From Rickettsiales bacterium (GTDB lineage Bacteria > Pseudomonadota > Alphaproteobacteria > Rickettsiales > UBA1997): DNA of 64,000 nt. Position numbers and translations under genes: made by a program. A model generated the notes under the pieces. That model searched no databases and had not been told where the DNA came from. It saw only the letters and a list, made by a program, of their open reading frames with translations. The stretch spans positions 358 through 64,357 of the forward strand of contig JAYORG010000001.1 in the NCBI GenBank assembly GCA_038123275.1, written 5' to 3'. Shown one piece after another: positions 33,797 to 45,520 of the stretch. Positions within the stretch are counted from its first letter, which is position 1, and every line of letters begins with the position of its first letter.

Positions 33797-35137
33797 ATGG
33801 CTAGTAATTTAACAGTAATGGGTAATAAAGAAATTTTATTAGCAGCAGAAACCATTGCTCATGAAAAAGGAATATCACTTGACGATGTAATTGATGCAAT
33901 GCAAGAAGGCATAAAGCTTGCTGCAAAAAAGAAATATGGCTTACACTTATCAATTGACTGCCAAATTGACAGAAAAACTGGTCAAATCAATTTAATTAAT
34001 TCATTAGAAGTTGTTAGTAATAAAATTGATGAAGAATTTAATAGTAGAACTCAAATTACTTTAGATGATGCTAAGCAAAAAGATAAATCCGTAAAAATTG
34101 GCAGCACCATTACACAAGAATTACCACCTATTGATTTAAATCGAGTGGTAGCACAGGTTGCTAAAAATGAAATTATTAAAAAAGTCAAAGAAGCTGAGAA
34201 AAATAAAGAGTATGAAGAATTTAAAGATAAGATTGGTGAAATTGTTAATGCTTCAGTAAAAAAAGTAGGATTAAAAAATATTGTAATGGAAGTTAGTGGT
34301 TTTGAAGCTGTTATTCATCAAACTGGCTTAATTGCAAGAGAGTCTTTTAAGGTTGGTGATAGAATGAGGGTTTATGTTGAAGATGTTAGAAGAGAACCTC
34401 ATGGCGCTCAAATTTTCTTATCTCGTACTCATACAGAATTTTTAGTAAAATTATTTGCCCAAGAAGTTCCAGAGCTTTATGATGGCAATATAGAGGTTAA
34501 AGCAGTTGCTAGAGATCCTGGATCAAGAGCAAAAATTGCTGTTTATTCTAGAAGAGAAGATTTAGATATTGTTGGTTCTTTAATTGGAATTAGAGGTAGC
34601 AGAGTTCAGTCAGTTAGTTCTGAGCTTAGAGGTGAAAAAATTGATATCATTAAATGGTCGCCAAATATTGCTGAATTAGTAATTAATGGTCTAACTCCAG
34701 CAAAAGTTAATAAAGTTGTGGTAGATGAAGAAAATGGTGTAATTGAAGTTGTTGTAGCCGAAGATCAATTAAGCCTAGCTATTGGTCGTGGTGGACAAAA
34801 TGTGAGATTAGCATCAAAGCTTTGTGGTTATAAAATTGATGTTATGACTGATGAGCAAGAATCAAGCAAAAGAACAGAAGAATTTAATGAATCTTCTAGA
34901 ATATTTATAGAGGCTTTAGACGTAGAGGATATAATTGCAAATTTACTTGCTGCAGAAGGTTTTTCAACTATTGAAGAGCTTGCCAGCGTTGAAACTAGTG
35001 AAATTGCAGGAATAGAAGGATTTGATGAAGATATTGCTATTGAGATTAAGAGAAGAGCTACTGAGTATCTTGAAAAAAATACTAAAGACAAAAGTACTAA
35101 AGTACAAGAGGCTAGTAAAGAAGAGGCTCAAGCCTAA
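33797..35137 (+). CDS. nusA: transcription termination factor NusA
   Basis: ARDPGSRAKIAV, AIGRGGQNVRLAS. Confidence 0.97.
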   Translation: MASNLTVMGNKEILLAAETIAHEKGISLDDVIDAMQEGIKLAAKKKYGLHLSIDCQIDRKTGQINLINSLEVVSNKIDEEFNSRTQITLDDAKQKDKSVKIGSTITQELPPIDLNRVVAQVAKNEIIKKVKEAEKNKEYEEFKDKIGEIVNASVKKVGLKNIVMEVSGFEAVIHQTGLIARESFKVGDRMRVYVEDVRREPHGAQIFLSRTHTEFLVKLFAQEVPELYDGNIEVKAVARDPGSRAKIAVYSRREDLDIVGSLIGIRGSRVQSVSSELRGEKIDIIKWSPNIAELVINGLTPAKVNKVVVDEENGVIEVVVAEDQLSLAIGRGGQNVRLASKLCGYKIDVMTDEQESSKRTEEFNESSRIFIEALDVEDIIANLLAAEGFSTIEELASVETSEIAGIEGFDEDIAIEIKRRATEYLEKNTKDKSTKVQEASKEEAQA

Positions 35138-35170
35138 ATTTAGGATTTATCTATAATTTGAAGCTTATAT

Positions 35171-37723
35171 ATGCAAAAAGATAGTAAAAATAGAGAAAAA
35201 TTAACATTAAAGTTAAAACTACCAAGTTCAGCTGATCCTAAAACCTTAGCTTTAAAAAGTGCTGAGAAGAAAAGAATTAGTAATTCTATGGTACAGGTTG
35301 CTATTAAAGGCAGAAGAAATAGCGCATCTCAATCTCAAGATAAAGATTTTAATTCTAAAACATTAAGTAATAAAGAGCTTGAATTTAGAAAATTAGCCTT
35401 AAATAACTCTCCTGAAGAGTTGGATGATAACTTTGATGTTTTATCAAAAATAAAAGAAAAAAATACGCAAGAATCAAAAATAAAGGAAGATACAAAAATT
35501 GATGCTAAGGATGATATACAGGAAAATGCAGAAGAGGTTTTAGAGGATGATGTTTTACAAGATGAAGTAGTTGGTAATAATATTCAAAGTACAGCAAGTA
35601 ATGATTATAAAGTCGATAATTTTGATATTAGAAGTAAAATAAAAGATAGTGTCAATGAAGATAACTATAAAAAAGCAGCAAGACAAAAGGCTTTAGAAGA
35701 AAAAAGGAATCTTAAAATTCAACAAGAAAAAGAAGCGCAAGAAGCAAGAGAAAAAGAGAGGGATAAAAAAAATAAACATAAGAAGAATTATCAAGATAAT
35801 GAAGATGATCTTTCAAATAAGAAAAATAAGTCAGCTTTCAAAGAGAGAAGAAAAAGTAGTAGAAGGTTACTGCAAACTTTCATAGTTGATGGTGACGATG
35901 ATGCTTCTTATGGTCGTCATCGTAAAAAACAAAAAATTAAAGAACAGCCTAAGGAATATGTTAAAGTAACCAAAGAGGTAATAATTCCAGAATTAATATC
36001 TGTTTCTGATTTATCAGATAGAATGACTGAAAAAACTGGTGATGTGGTTAAGAAACTATTTACCATGGGTGTTGTTGCTACATCTAATCAGGTTATTGAC
36101 GCTGATACGGCGCAGTTAATAGTTGAAGAATTTGGGCATATTGTTAAAAGGGTACAAGAATCAGATGTAGAAAATGTATTAGAATTAGGAGATGATGAAA
36201 ATATTGAGAAGTTAGAGAGAGCTCCAGTTGTGACTATTATGGGCCATGTTGATCATGGAAAAACTTCATTACTTGATGCTATGAAGTCTACTGATATAGC
36301 TGGCGGTGAATCAGGTGGTATTACACAACATATTGGTGCTTCTAGAGTTCAAACTAAGTCTGGTAAGTTTATTACTTTTCTTGATACTCCTGGTCATGAA
36401 GCTTTTACTGCTATGCGCTCTCGTGGTGCTAATGTTACGGATATTGTGGTTTTAGTAGTTGCTGCTGATGACGGTATTAAAGAGCAAACCATAGAAGCTA
36501 TTAATCATGCTAAAGCTGCTAAAGCTCCAATAGTTGTGGCCATTAATAAAATTGATAAGCCTGGCGCAGATGCTTCTAGAGTTAAGAATGAATTATTAGC
36601 GCATGAAATTGTTGCAGAAGATTTAGGTGGTGATGTAATGTTTGTAGAAGTTTCAGCAAAAGAAAAAACTAATTTAGATGGGTTGGAAGAGGCAATTTTA
36701 CTACAATCTGAAATTTTAGAATTAAAAGCTCCTTATGATTGTAAGGCTGGTGGTATTGTTGTTGAATCTAGGGTTGATCATAGTAAAGGCGTAATAGCTA
36801 CTCTTTTAGTACAAAAAGGGGTTTTGAATATTGCTGATATTGTGGTAGCTGGTACTGCTTATGGTAAGATAAAGAAAATAAATGACAGTAAGGGTAAAAA
36901 TATCAAAACAGCAACTCCTTCCATGCCGGTAGAAATTATGGGCCTTGATAAAGCACCAGATGCTGGCGATCATTTTTCTGTTGTAGTGGAAGAAAAACAA
37001 GCTCGTGATATTATTTCTTACAGATCAAAGAAAGATAGGGATGAGAAGGCTTTAAAAAATTCTGCTAAATCTATTGACGATATCTTTAAAGCAGCTTCTA
37101 AGGGTTCTACTAAATATTTACCAATTATTATCAAGGGTGATGTTCATGGCTCAATAGAAGCAATTGATAGTAGTTTAGTAAAGTTAAATACAGATGAAGT
37201 TGCTATTAAAATTGTACATAGTGCAACTGGTGGTATTAGCGAAAGTGACGTTAGTTTGGCTGAAGTTGCTGGGGCTATTATTATTGGTTTTAATGTACGT
37301 GCTAATAATGCCACTAAAGAATTAGCTAGAGACAAGAATATAGATATTCGTTATCATTCAATTATTTATAATGTAGTTGATGAAATAAAATTATTACTTG
37401 GTGGAATGTTAGAGCCAATCAAAAATGAAGAATATCTAGGACAGGCTGAAATTAGGCAAGTATTTAAAGTTTCTGGTTCTGGTAAAATTGCTGGTTGTTT
37501 TGTAACAGCAGGGTTAATCAAAAGAGGTGCAAAGGTTAGATTACTTAGAGATGATGTAGTAATTCATGATGGTGAATTAAAAACATTAAAACGTTTTAAA
37601 GATGATGTTAAAGAAGTTAAAAACAACTTTGAATGTGGTTGTGCCTTTGAAAAATATGATGACATAAAAGAAGGTGATCTAATTGAGTGCTATGAAATAG
37701 TGGAAGAAACTAGAAAACTTTAA
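35171..37723 (+). CDS. infB: translation initiation factor IF-2
   Basis: [26 protein letters not shown]. Confidence 0.99.
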   Translation: MQKDSKNREKLTLKLKLPSSADPKTLALKSAEKKRISNSMVQVAIKGRRNSASQSQDKDFNSKTLSNKELEFRKLALNNSPEELDDNFDVLSKIKEKNTQESKIKEDTKIDAKDDIQENAEEVLEDDVLQDEVVGNNIQSTASNDYKVDNFDIRSKIKDSVNEDNYKKAARQKALEEKRNLKIQQEKEAQEAREKERDKKNKHKKNYQDNEDDLSNKKNKSAFKERRKSSRRLLQTFIVDGDDDASYGRHRKKQKIKEQPKEYVKVTKEVIIPELISVSDLSDRMTEKTGDVVKKLFTMGVVATSNQVIDADTAQLIVEEFGHIVKRVQESDVENVLELGDDENIEKLERAPVVTIMGHVDHGKTSLLDAMKSTDIAGGESGGITQHIGASRVQTKSGKFITFLDTPGHEAFTAMRSRGANVTDIVVLVVAADDGIKEQTIEAINHAKAAKAPIVVAINKIDKPGADASRVKNELLAHEIVAEDLGGDVMFVEVSAKEKTNLDGLEEAILLQSEILELKAPYDCKAGGIVVESRVDHSKGVIATLLVQKGVLNIADIVVAGTAYGKIKKINDSKGKNIKTATPSMPVEIMGLDKAPDAGDHFSVVVEEKQARDIISYRSKKDRDEKALKNSAKSIDDIFKAASKGSTKYLPIIIKGDVHGSIEAIDSSLVKLNTDEVAIKIVHSATGGISESDVSLAEVAGAIIIGFNVRANNATKELARDKNIDIRYHSIIYNVVDEIKLLLGGMLEPIKNEEYLGQAEIRQVFKVSGSGKIAGCFVTAGLIKRGAKVRLLRDDVVIHDGELKTLKRFKDDVKEVKNNFECGCAFEKYDDIKEGDLIECYEIVEETRKL

Positions 37724-37748
37724 CCTTAGCTTTAAATTTAAATATTTT

Positions 37749-38501
37749 ATGCTTAAAGTCAGAATAATACCATGTTTAGATGTTGATAATGGCCGTGTAG
37801 TTAAAGGTATTAATTTTGAAAATCTTATTGATGCTGGTGACCCAGTTAAACAAGCTCAGTTTTATTCTTTAGAAGGTGCTGATGAATTATGTCTTCTTGA
37901 CATAACTGCTAGTAGCGACAATCGCGATACTATCTATGATATGGTAGAAAAGGTAGCTAGCGTTTGTTTTATTCCTTTTACTGTTGGTGGTGGCGTTAGA
38001 AAAGTAGAAGATATTCGTAAATTATTAAATCACGGTGCTGATAAAGTTTGTATCAATAGTGCTGCTGTTAAAAATCCTCAAATTGTTAAAGAAGCTGCTA
38101 AAAAGTTTGGTAGTCAGTGTATTGTAGTTGCTGTTGATGCTAAAAAGAATAAAGATTTTTATGAAGTATACATTAATGGTGGTAGAGTGCCAACAGGAAT
38201 AGATGCAGTTTCTTGGATTAAAAAAATGCAAGAATTAGGCGCTGGTGAAATTCTTTTAACTTCTATGGATAAAGATGGTACTAAATCTGGATATGATTTA
38301 GAATTATTGCAAATAATTAGTCAAAATACTAATATTCCAGTAATTGCATCTGGTGGAGTTGGAGCTTTAGAGCATTTGGAAGAAGGTATTCAAAGTGGTG
38401 CTAGTGCAGTTTTAGCAGCATCAATATTTCACTTTAAAACTCATAGCATAAAAGAGGCTAAAAAGTTTTTGCAAAGTAAAAATATTCCAGTTAGAATTTA
38501 A
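37749..38501 (+). CDS. hisF: imidazole glycerol phosphate synthase cyclase subunit
   Basis: [23 protein letters not shown]. Confidence 0.97.
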   Translation: MLKVRIIPCLDVDNGRVVKGINFENLIDAGDPVKQAQFYSLEGADELCLLDITASSDNRDTIYDMVEKVASVCFIPFTVGGGVRKVEDIRKLLNHGADKVCINSAAVKNPQIVKEAAKKFGSQCIVVAVDAKKNKDFYEVYINGGRVPTGIDAVSWIKKMQELGAGEILLTSMDKDGTKSGYDLELLQIISQNTNIPVIASGGVGALEHLEEGIQSGASAVLAASIFHFKTHSIKEAKKFLQSKNIPVRI

Positions 38502-38606
38502 AATCTCAATTGTAATAAGGCTTATACAAAGGTGGTAATTTATGTTTTTAATTTACTTTTTGTACAAGTTCTAAACCTAGTTCAAACAGTAATTTATTAT
38601 TAGGTA

Positions 38607-40472
38607 ATGGCGGCTCAAACCAGTGAAACAGTTAGATACCTTAGGAATTTTGGTACGATATCATTACTAATCGTTATTGTTTTAGCCTTTTGTTTTTATT
38701 TAACAGGTGCTCTAGTTCTAGTTACCATTAATACCGATTTTGAAATTATCAAAAGCTATTGGGACATGACGCTTGATAAGCAATTTGTTGCTCTATTTAA
38801 TGCATTAGAAAGCTATTGGAGCTTTTATTTTAAAAATTTTAGTCGTTTAAAATTAGAAAGTTACGATTATTTTGTAGTAAAATTATGGGTTTCAACTTTA
38901 TTTCCTTATTCAACTCTTGGTATATTAGCTTTTATTTTTAGAGCCCCTTTGATGGATTTTAGACCATTTAAAAAGGAAGAATCAATTCATGGAACTGCAT
39001 CTTGGGCTACTCCTAAAGAAATTAAGAAAATGGGACTACGCTGCAAACAAGGAGCTTTACTTGGAAAATATAAAGGTAAATTCTTAGTTAATGAAGGTTT
39101 TCAGCATATTTTATTATTTGCACCAACTGGTTCTGGTAAAGGTGTGGGTTTTGTAATACCTAATTTATTATTTTGGAACGATTCTACTATTGTGCACGAT
39201 ATTAAATTGGAGAACTATGAGCTAACTTCTGGTTGGAGAAAAAAGCATCTAAAACAAAAAGTATTTTTATGGAACCCAGCTTCTCCAGATGGAATAAGCC
39301 ACTGTTACAACCCTCTTGATTGGGTTAGTAAAAAACCAGGTAAAATGGTGGATGATGTACAAAAAATTGCCAATTTCTTACTTCCAGAACAAGAATTTTG
39401 GCAAAATGAAGGTAGGGCTCTTTTAGTTGGTGTCATACTTTATTTACTAGTTGATGATAGTAAACCTTCAACTCTTGGTGAAGTTGTTAGAACTTTAAGA
39501 AGTGATGATGTAGTTTACAGTTTAGCAGTAGTATTAGATACTTTGGGTAAAAAAATTCATCCAGTTTCTTACATGAATATTGCTTCTTATTTGCAAAAAC
39601 CAGATAAAGAAAGAGGTTCTGTTACTTCAACCGCAAACTCTTCTTTGGAATTATGGGCTAACCCACTAATTGACACTACAACTGCTAGTAGTGACTTTAA
39701 TCTACATAATTTTAAGAAAAGTCCACATACACTTTATGTTGGTTTAACTCCAGATAATATTAGTCGTTTAGCACCTTTAATGGGAATGTTTTATCAGCAA
39801 TGCGCTTCAATTTTTACAGCCAAAATGCCAACAAAAGAGGATAAACACGGTGTTTTAATGCTAATGGATGAGTTTCCTACCCTTGGAAAAATGGAACAAT
39901 TCCAGGCTGGTATTGCTTATTTTAGGGGTTACAAGGTTAGGTTATTCTTAATTATTCAAGATACTGAGCAGCTCAAAGGAATTTATGAAGAAAGTGGTAT
40001 GAACTCGTTCTTATCTAACTCTACTTACCGTATTACTTTTGCGGCTAACAACATTGAAACGGCTAATTTAATTTCACAATTACTTGGTAATAAAACTGTT
40101 GATCAGGTTTCGTACAATAAACCAAAATATCTTGATTTAAATCCTGGAGCTAGGTCTTTACATGTTTCTCATACTCAAAGGGCTTTATTGCTTCCTCAGG
40201 AAGTTATTCAATTGCCAAGAGATGAACAAATATTATTAATTGAGTCGCAGCCACCAATTAAATCAAGAAAGATTTTTTACTACCAAGAAAAAATATTTAC
40301 AAAAAGATTATTGCCAAAAGTTGATATTCCTAAGCAAGAGCCTTATTTACCAACCAGACCAGACAAAGATGAGAAAAAGGACGATGCAAAAGATGCTACG
40401 CCAAAAGATGGAGGCGCTGCTGATAATGCAACTGATGAAGAACCTATTCCAATAGAAAGTGATGAAGAATAA
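38607..40472 (+). CDS. virD4: type IV secretion coupling protein VirD4
   Basis: Two N-terminal TMs, APTGSGKG (Walker A), LMDEF (Walker B), HGTASWA. Confidence 0.95.
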   Translation: MAAQTSETVRYLRNFGTISLLIVIVLAFCFYLTGALVLVTINTDFEIIKSYWDMTLDKQFVALFNALESYWSFYFKNFSRLKLESYDYFVVKLWVSTLFPYSTLGILAFIFRAPLMDFRPFKKEESIHGTASWATPKEIKKMGLRCKQGALLGKYKGKFLVNEGFQHILLFAPTGSGKGVGFVIPNLLFWNDSTIVHDIKLENYELTSGWRKKHLKQKVFLWNPASPDGISHCYNPLDWVSKKPGKMVDDVQKIANFLLPEQEFWQNEGRALLVGVILYLLVDDSKPSTLGEVVRTLRSDDVVYSLAVVLDTLGKKIHPVSYMNIASYLQKPDKERGSVTSTANSSLELWANPLIDTTTASSDFNLHNFKKSPHTLYVGLTPDNISRLAPLMGMFYQQCASIFTAKMPTKEDKHGVLMLMDEFPTLGKMEQFQAGIAYFRGYKVRLFLIIQDTEQLKGIYEESGMNSFLSNSTYRITFAANNIETANLISQLLGNKTVDQVSYNKPKYLDLNPGARSLHVSHTQRALLLPQEVIQLPRDEQILLIESQPPIKSRKIFYYQEKIFTKRLLPKVDIPKQEPYLPTRPDKDEKKDDAKDATPKDGGAADNATDEEPIPIESDEE

Positions 40473-41337
40473 AAATAATAGTGAGCCAGTTTTTCCAAAA
40501 GGCTTTAAAGTAGCAGGTGTTATTGGTGACCCCATTTCGCATTCTTTATCTCCTCAAATTCATAATTATTTAATTAAAAAACATAATATTGAAGGGATTT
40601 ATTTTCCATTTAAAGTCAGCAAAAATGATCTTGAGTTTTTTATCAAAAAATTTACTCAAAAACCTAATTTTAAAGGTTTTAATGTTACCTTACCTCATAA
40701 AGAAGATATCTTTAAAATTTGCGACCATTTAAGCAAAACGGCCTTAGCTGTTAAAGCGGTTAATACAATTATCATTACCAAAGATCAAAAATTATTTGGG
40801 CATAATTCTGATGGTGAGGGTTTTATTAATAATATTAAACAAAATTCTCCTAAATTTAACTTTAAGGATAAAAATATTGTTATTCTAGGGTCTGGAGGAG
40901 CTACCAGGGCAATCTATTTTTCTCTTTTAAGAGAAGGGGTTAAAAAAATAACAATCAGTAATAGAAACGAAATTAAGGCTAAGAATTTAATTAATGATTT
41001 TAAAGATGATTTTAGTAATTCTACGTTAAATCTTGTTTCTTGGGATAATAAAGAAGATCCATTAAAGGATTGTGATTTATTAATTAATTGCACTTCTCTT
41101 GGTATGGTTGGAAAAGATAATTTGGCTATTAAGTTAGATAATCTTAATAAAGATGCTGTTGTAACAGATATTGTCTACAATCCTTTAATAACTAACTTAT
41201 TAAAAGAAGCCAAAGATAGGGGCAATCAAATTGTTACTGGAATTGGTATGTTGGTAAATCAGGCTTTGGTTGGTTTTGAGGCTTGGTACGGCGTAAAACC
41301 AGAAGTTGATGAGGAGTTAATTAAACTCCTGGCATAA
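40459..41337 (+). CDS. aroE: shikimate dehydrogenase
   Basis: GDPISHSLSP, NVTLPHK, AVNT, GSGG, DIVYNP. Confidence 0.96.
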   Translation: MMKNKNNSEPVFPKGFKVAGVIGDPISHSLSPQIHNYLIKKHNIEGIYFPFKVSKNDLEFFIKKFTQKPNFKGFNVTLPHKEDIFKICDHLSKTALAVKAVNTIIITKDQKLFGHNSDGEGFINNIKQNSPKFNFKDKNIVILGSGGATRAIYFSLLREGVKKITISNRNEIKAKNLINDFKDDFSNSTLNLVSWDNKEDPLKDCDLLINCTSLGMVGKDNLAIKLDNLNKDAVVTDIVYNPLITNLLKEAKDRGNQIVTGIGMLVNQALVGFEAWYGVKPEVDEELIKLLA

Positions 41338-41546
41338 TTAAAAAAGTGGGGGCTAATTTCTATTTTTTCTTAATCCTCTGTGGATATTTATTCTTTCTTT
41401 CAAGTGAAAGACCCCTGCACAACTTCCAATAAATTCCACAATAATCTGAATATTCCGATAATATTTTCTTGAATATAAAAGTGATAATGCTAGTATTTAT
41501 TTAGCTTTATTGCTGTTTTTATTTAAATATATTTTGTTATTTGATT

Positions 41547-42548
41547 ATGACTTACTTTTGCCTCATTAGCAGTTAATCATGGGTTAGGTGATCGTAGTAA
41601 ATTATCTAAATTATCTAAATTATCTAAATTATCTAAATTATCTAAATTATCTAAATTAGATAAGCTAATTGACTGGAACGGTTTTAATAAATATTTATCG
41701 AAGCTTCACAAGAATGATGTAAATCCAAGTAATGGTGGTAATAGATCTTATGATAAGATATCTATGTTTAAGCTTATTTTATTGGGACAGTGGAATTCTA
41801 TGAGTGATGCTGAGTTGGAGTATGCTTTAATGATAAGGTTAGATTTTATTTCATTTTGTGGATTTGATATTAATTGTGATGTACCAGATAAGACAACTAT
41901 TTGCAGATTCAGAAATAAGCTGATTGAAAAGGGTTTATTAGAGAAGCTTCTTGATGAGGTTAATACTCAACTTGTTGTCTTAGGTCTTAAAGTAGAAAAA
42001 ACGAATTTGGCCATATTGGATGCTACGATAATTGAATCAAAAGAATAATATTCTTGAAGAAGATATTCCCAAGGATAGAAAGGAAGATGAATTTGACAAT
42101 AAAGATAATAATAAAACTGAGTTCAAGGAAATCAAATCATTTGATCCTGATGCTACCTGGTTAAAGAAAGGGAGTAAATCATACTTTGGTTACAAATCAT
42201 TTGCTACAACTGATGATGAAAGCTTTATTGATAAAACAAAGACGGTTCCAGCTAATGAATCAGAAATCAATAAACTTGAAGATATGATTATTGAGGCAGA
42301 TAAGTTTGCTGGAGATAAAGGTTATGATTCTAAAGGAAATAGAGAGGCTCTACGATCGTAAAGATATTAAAACTAGAATCATGTACAAAAAACAAAAGAA
42401 TAAGACAATGACTATTTGGCAAAAAAGATTTAATAAAGCTGTTTCAAGTAAAAGATTTAGAGTTGAACAAACTTTTGGCACTTTAAAAAGAAGATTTAAG
42501 TTTACTAAATTAGAAAAAATTAAGAAATCTATTTTTTTTGAAAATTAA
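41547..42548 (+). pseudogene. IS5-family transposase pseudogene (at least 3 frameshifts, truncated C-terminus)
   Basis: ATG 41547 is out of frame with the 41764 fragment; pieces 41764-42048, 42032-42361 and 42291-42548 switch frame. Confidence 0.88.
41598..41658 (+). repeat. 9-bp tandem repeat (aaattatct)x6+ inside the transposase 5' region
   Basis: Six perfect units at 41599-41652 plus a partial unit; encodes (KLS)n. Confidence 0.95.
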
Positions 42549-42612
42549 ATAGAAGTTTGAAAGAAATTATAGGAGTTATGCAGGGGTCTTTTAATACAAA
42601 TATTTAAAAATT

Positions 42613-44859
42613 ATGACAAAAACAAAAAATAACATCTTTTATTCTCTTATTAACAACATTACAGCTAAGATAGGAGAAAACCTACCAACCAGCAAGCAAG
42701 AAGTTGTTGATTTGGTTCAAGAATCTGCTGGGCAATTATTTAGTTCAATTAAAGAAACATCACAAAATACCATTAGAAGCACAGAAGAAATTGCCAGGGA
42801 ACTTGGCGCAGAAGTAAGGAGATCACTGATAGAAAATCAAGGTACTATTATGACATCCATGGCAATAGAAATTGCTCAAATGTCTTTTAATTATGCAATG
42901 CAAGACTCGTCTCAAGACATTGACCAAGCACAAACAACAGATTTTGATAATTACCAAAATAGTGCAGTTGCTAATGTTGTTTCATTGGCAAATCAAGCAG
43001 TAATTATGGCTACAAGCATGATGGCCATAAAGGCAATTTCTTTGGGTAATAGAGGTTCTTTGTTCACTTTATCTGCCTTAAGTTTGGTTGGTGGTGCATT
43101 TGCTCAAGAACAAGATGAGAAATTAAGCATGCAAACCATCTTTAATGAAGGTGATAGTGATCTTCAATATGTGTATGCAGACACAATAAATCAAAATATT
43201 GAAGTGATTAATAGTCAAATATCAAAATATCTTCCTCAAAAACCAAAAACAGCCAATATTAAAGCAGCACTCAATCTTCTTCAGCAACAAAAACTCAACC
43301 AAGAGGAGTTAATTAAGTTTATTAAAGAACAAGGTTACAACTTTAACGCAACCGATGAACATGGCTCTACTTTGCTTATTGAGGCAATACGTGAAAATGA
43401 CATAACCTTATCAAGTGCACTAAGAAAGATAGAAGGAATTAATTTTGGCCATGAACAAAATGATGGATACAAAGCATTAGATTTTGCTGTAAAGAACAAT
43501 AATTTTGAAGCAGTAAAAGATTTTATTTTAAAAGGAGACGCTGTAAGAAGAGATAAAGTATCAGCTGATGGATTTGTAATTGAGAATACTGACCCAAGGA
43601 TAACAGAACTATTAAATCTTGCAATAGCTGTGCAAAATTTAAGATCAAATGATAAAGAAATTATAGATATAAAGAAAGTTGTGATGTTAATGAATGGGGT
43701 ATTTGAATCTAAAGTTTTAAGTCAAGAAGAAGCTTTCAGCTTACTTGAAGCAAACAAGATAGATATTAATTCTCAAGATAAATATGGAAAAACCATGTTA
43801 ATTGAGGCTGCTTATTTACAATATGAAGATGTAGTTAAGTTATTACTTAAAAATGATGCCAGCGCCAACATAAATAACAACAGGGGGAACAGTATTTTTG
43901 CTTTTAGTCGTAATAATGAAGCCATAAATGAATTATTATTAAATGCTCTTTTAAAAGAAGGTCATAAGCATTTTGAAAATAAAGATTTTAAATCAGCGAT
44001 ACAAGCTTGGGATAAAGCAGTTGGCAAAAATCCAAAATTTCACTATGACGATGTTGACTTCCAATATAAATTTGGACAAGCCCATGGTGAAATAGATAAA
44101 GTCCATCCTAGATTGGGTCACTTAGATAGTAGGCAGGAATGTTGGAATAAAGTTTTTGAACTTGATCCTAATTACAAATTAGACTCTAACTATTACTTCC
44201 TTGCAGGATCACGTTATCATTTTCTTGGCAATTATGAAGAATCCATAAAAATCTATCAAAAAGCTATTAAGATTTATCCTGATAACGCAGACCATCATCA
44301 TCATTTAGGACAGTCCTTGTTTAAATCTGGCGATATCAAAGAAGCCATAAAAAGCTATCAAAAGGCTATCGAGATTAGTGCTAATAGTCACCACTGGCCA
44401 TTTCCTCATCTTAATTTAGGAGATGCTTACCTTGCTTCTAAAAATTACAAAGAAGCCATAAAAAGTTATCAAAAGGCTATTGAAAGTATGCCTCGTGATA
44501 GCGAAGCTTACAATAGCTTAGGAGAAGCTTACCATAGCTCTGGAAATTACAAAGAAGCAATAAAAAGCTATAAAAAAGTTATTACACATGATCATAGAAG
44601 TGCTGTGCAAAATCACAAGAATTTAGCAGCCTCTTACTATCACTCTGGCAATTACAAAGAAGCAATAAAAGCCTATCAAAACATTATCGAGATGGACCCT
44701 AGTGCTAATACATATTCCAATAAGCTACAATTAGCACTTCTTAATGTAAGAGCTGGAAACAATAATACACAACTCAAAGCAATAGGGTCATTATTGACAG
44801 TCGTTATTGCCACTGTTTATTTTGCGAAAGGATTGCGTGATAAGAAGAAGTTCAGGTAA
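42613..44859 (+). CDS. ankyrin-repeat + TPR-repeat protein with C-terminal TM, putative effector (5' part of a gene that probably extends to 45507)
   Basis: Ank motifs (DEHGSTLLIEA, DGYKALDFA, DKYGKTMLIEAA), about 5 tandem YKEAIKSYQKAI-type TPRs, TM AIGSLLTVVIATVYFA. Confidence 0.8.
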   Translation: MTKTKNNIFYSLINNITAKIGENLPTSKQEVVDLVQESAGQLFSSIKETSQNTIRSTEEIARELGAEVRRSLIENQGTIMTSMAIEIAQMSFNYAMQDSSQDIDQAQTTDFDNYQNSAVANVVSLANQAVIMATSMMAIKAISLGNRGSLFTLSALSLVGGAFAQEQDEKLSMQTIFNEGDSDLQYVYADTINQNIEVINSQISKYLPQKPKTANIKAALNLLQQQKLNQEELIKFIKEQGYNFNATDEHGSTLLIEAIRENDITLSSALRKIEGINFGHEQNDGYKALDFAVKNNNFEAVKDFILKGDAVRRDKVSADGFVIENTDPRITELLNLAIAVQNLRSNDKEIIDIKKVVMLMNGVFESKVLSQEEAFSLLEANKIDINSQDKYGKTMLIEAAYLQYEDVVKLLLKNDASANINNNRGNSIFAFSRNNEAINELLLNALLKEGHKHFENKDFKSAIQAWDKAVGKNPKFHYDDVDFQYKFGQAHGEIDKVHPRLGHLDSRQECWNKVFELDPNYKLDSNYYFLAGSRYHFLGNYEESIKIYQKAIKIYPDNADHHHHLGQSLFKSGDIKEAIKSYQKAIEISANSHHWPFPHLNLGDAYLASKNYKEAIKSYQKAIESMPRDSEAYNSLGEAYHSSGNYKEAIKSYKKVITHDHRSAVQNHKNLAASYYHSGNYKEAIKAYQNIIEMDPSANTYSNKLQLALLNVRAGNNNTQLKAIGSLLTVVIATVYFAKGLRDKKKFR

Positions 44860-45507
44860 TTTATAGATGGACAAGACGGTAGAACAAACAAGTTAGCATC
44901 AGCATTTAAAGCGATGACAGAAGTTGAATGTAGTGATTATAATGAATTGTTAAAAATAGATAAGATCTTAAGAAATATTCCTCAAAGTGAATTAATAAAA
45001 TTTATTCACAGGACCGTTATTGATAAAGAAGATATTGGCGGTGTCATAAACAGTGTATCTAACCTCTATCCAGATATGGACATGGATATTACAAATAACG
45101 TTGACAATCCAACTAGTGGAGATGTTTTAGGATCAATATTACGAATAGTGGTTGATTTAGTTGATGACAATAATAGAGATGGCTTAGTACAATTAGCTCG
45201 TACATACGGCCTTGCCGCTGAAGACGTTTACCTCAACATTCCCAAGGAGCGAACATTGTTAGATAAAGTTATCCACTACAAGGAAGCTCATCTTTTAAGA
45301 GATCTAAATCCAGATACAGTATTAGCAACAGTATTAGCTTTAGATAAAATGCAGCAACAAGGCAAATTAGAAATTATTAAAAAAGGAACAAAATTACCAG
45401 AAAAGCTTTCTTCAATCATAGAAGAATATTCAAGGCCATCACCAAGCCCTGCTGCTGCACAAGTTAGAGAAAATAAAGGTAGAGATAACAAAGAAAGGGA
45501 TCGTTAA
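44860..45507 (+). CDS. in-frame continuation of the Ank/TPR gene after a single TAA (track ORF 44914-45507)
   Basis: Same frame as 42613 with no stop between 44860 and 44914; ends PSPSPAAAQVRENKGRDNKERDR. Confidence 0.65.
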   Translation, partial: FIDGQDGRTNKLASAFKAMTEVECSDYNELLKIDKILRNIPQSELIKFIHRTVIDKEDIGGVINSVSNLYPDMDMDITNNVDNPTSGDVLGSILRIVVDLVDDNNRDGLVQLARTYGLAAEDVYLNIPKERTLLDKVIHYKEAHLLRDLNPDTVLATVLALDKMQQQGKLEIIKKGTKLPEKLSSIIEEYSRPSPSPAAAQVRENKGRDNKERDR

Positions 45508-45520
45508 GATAATAATAACC

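Larger units (their letters stand above)
41409..42589 (+). mobile_element. degenerate IS5-family insertion sequence (IS1106-like)
   Basis: IRs agacccctgcacaact / agttatgcaggggtct. Transposase fragments MFK..LLGQW..SD, PDKTTICRFR, DATII, DPDATW.KKG...FGYK, GDKGY, R.RVEQTFGTLKR. Confidence 0.9.

Noticed and set aside
38607-40472. Conjugative element/ICE around virD4
   Set aside because: No relaxase, oriT-like region or other tra genes. It is embedded between hisF and aroE, consistent with a scattered chromosomal T4SS.
41598-41658. CRISPR array
   Set aside because: Contiguous 9-bp units without spacers; no cas genes in the window.
44857-44859. Genome-wide stop-codon reassignment
   Set aside because: TAA terminates most housekeeping genes here at their expected ends, so the internal TAA is a local event.
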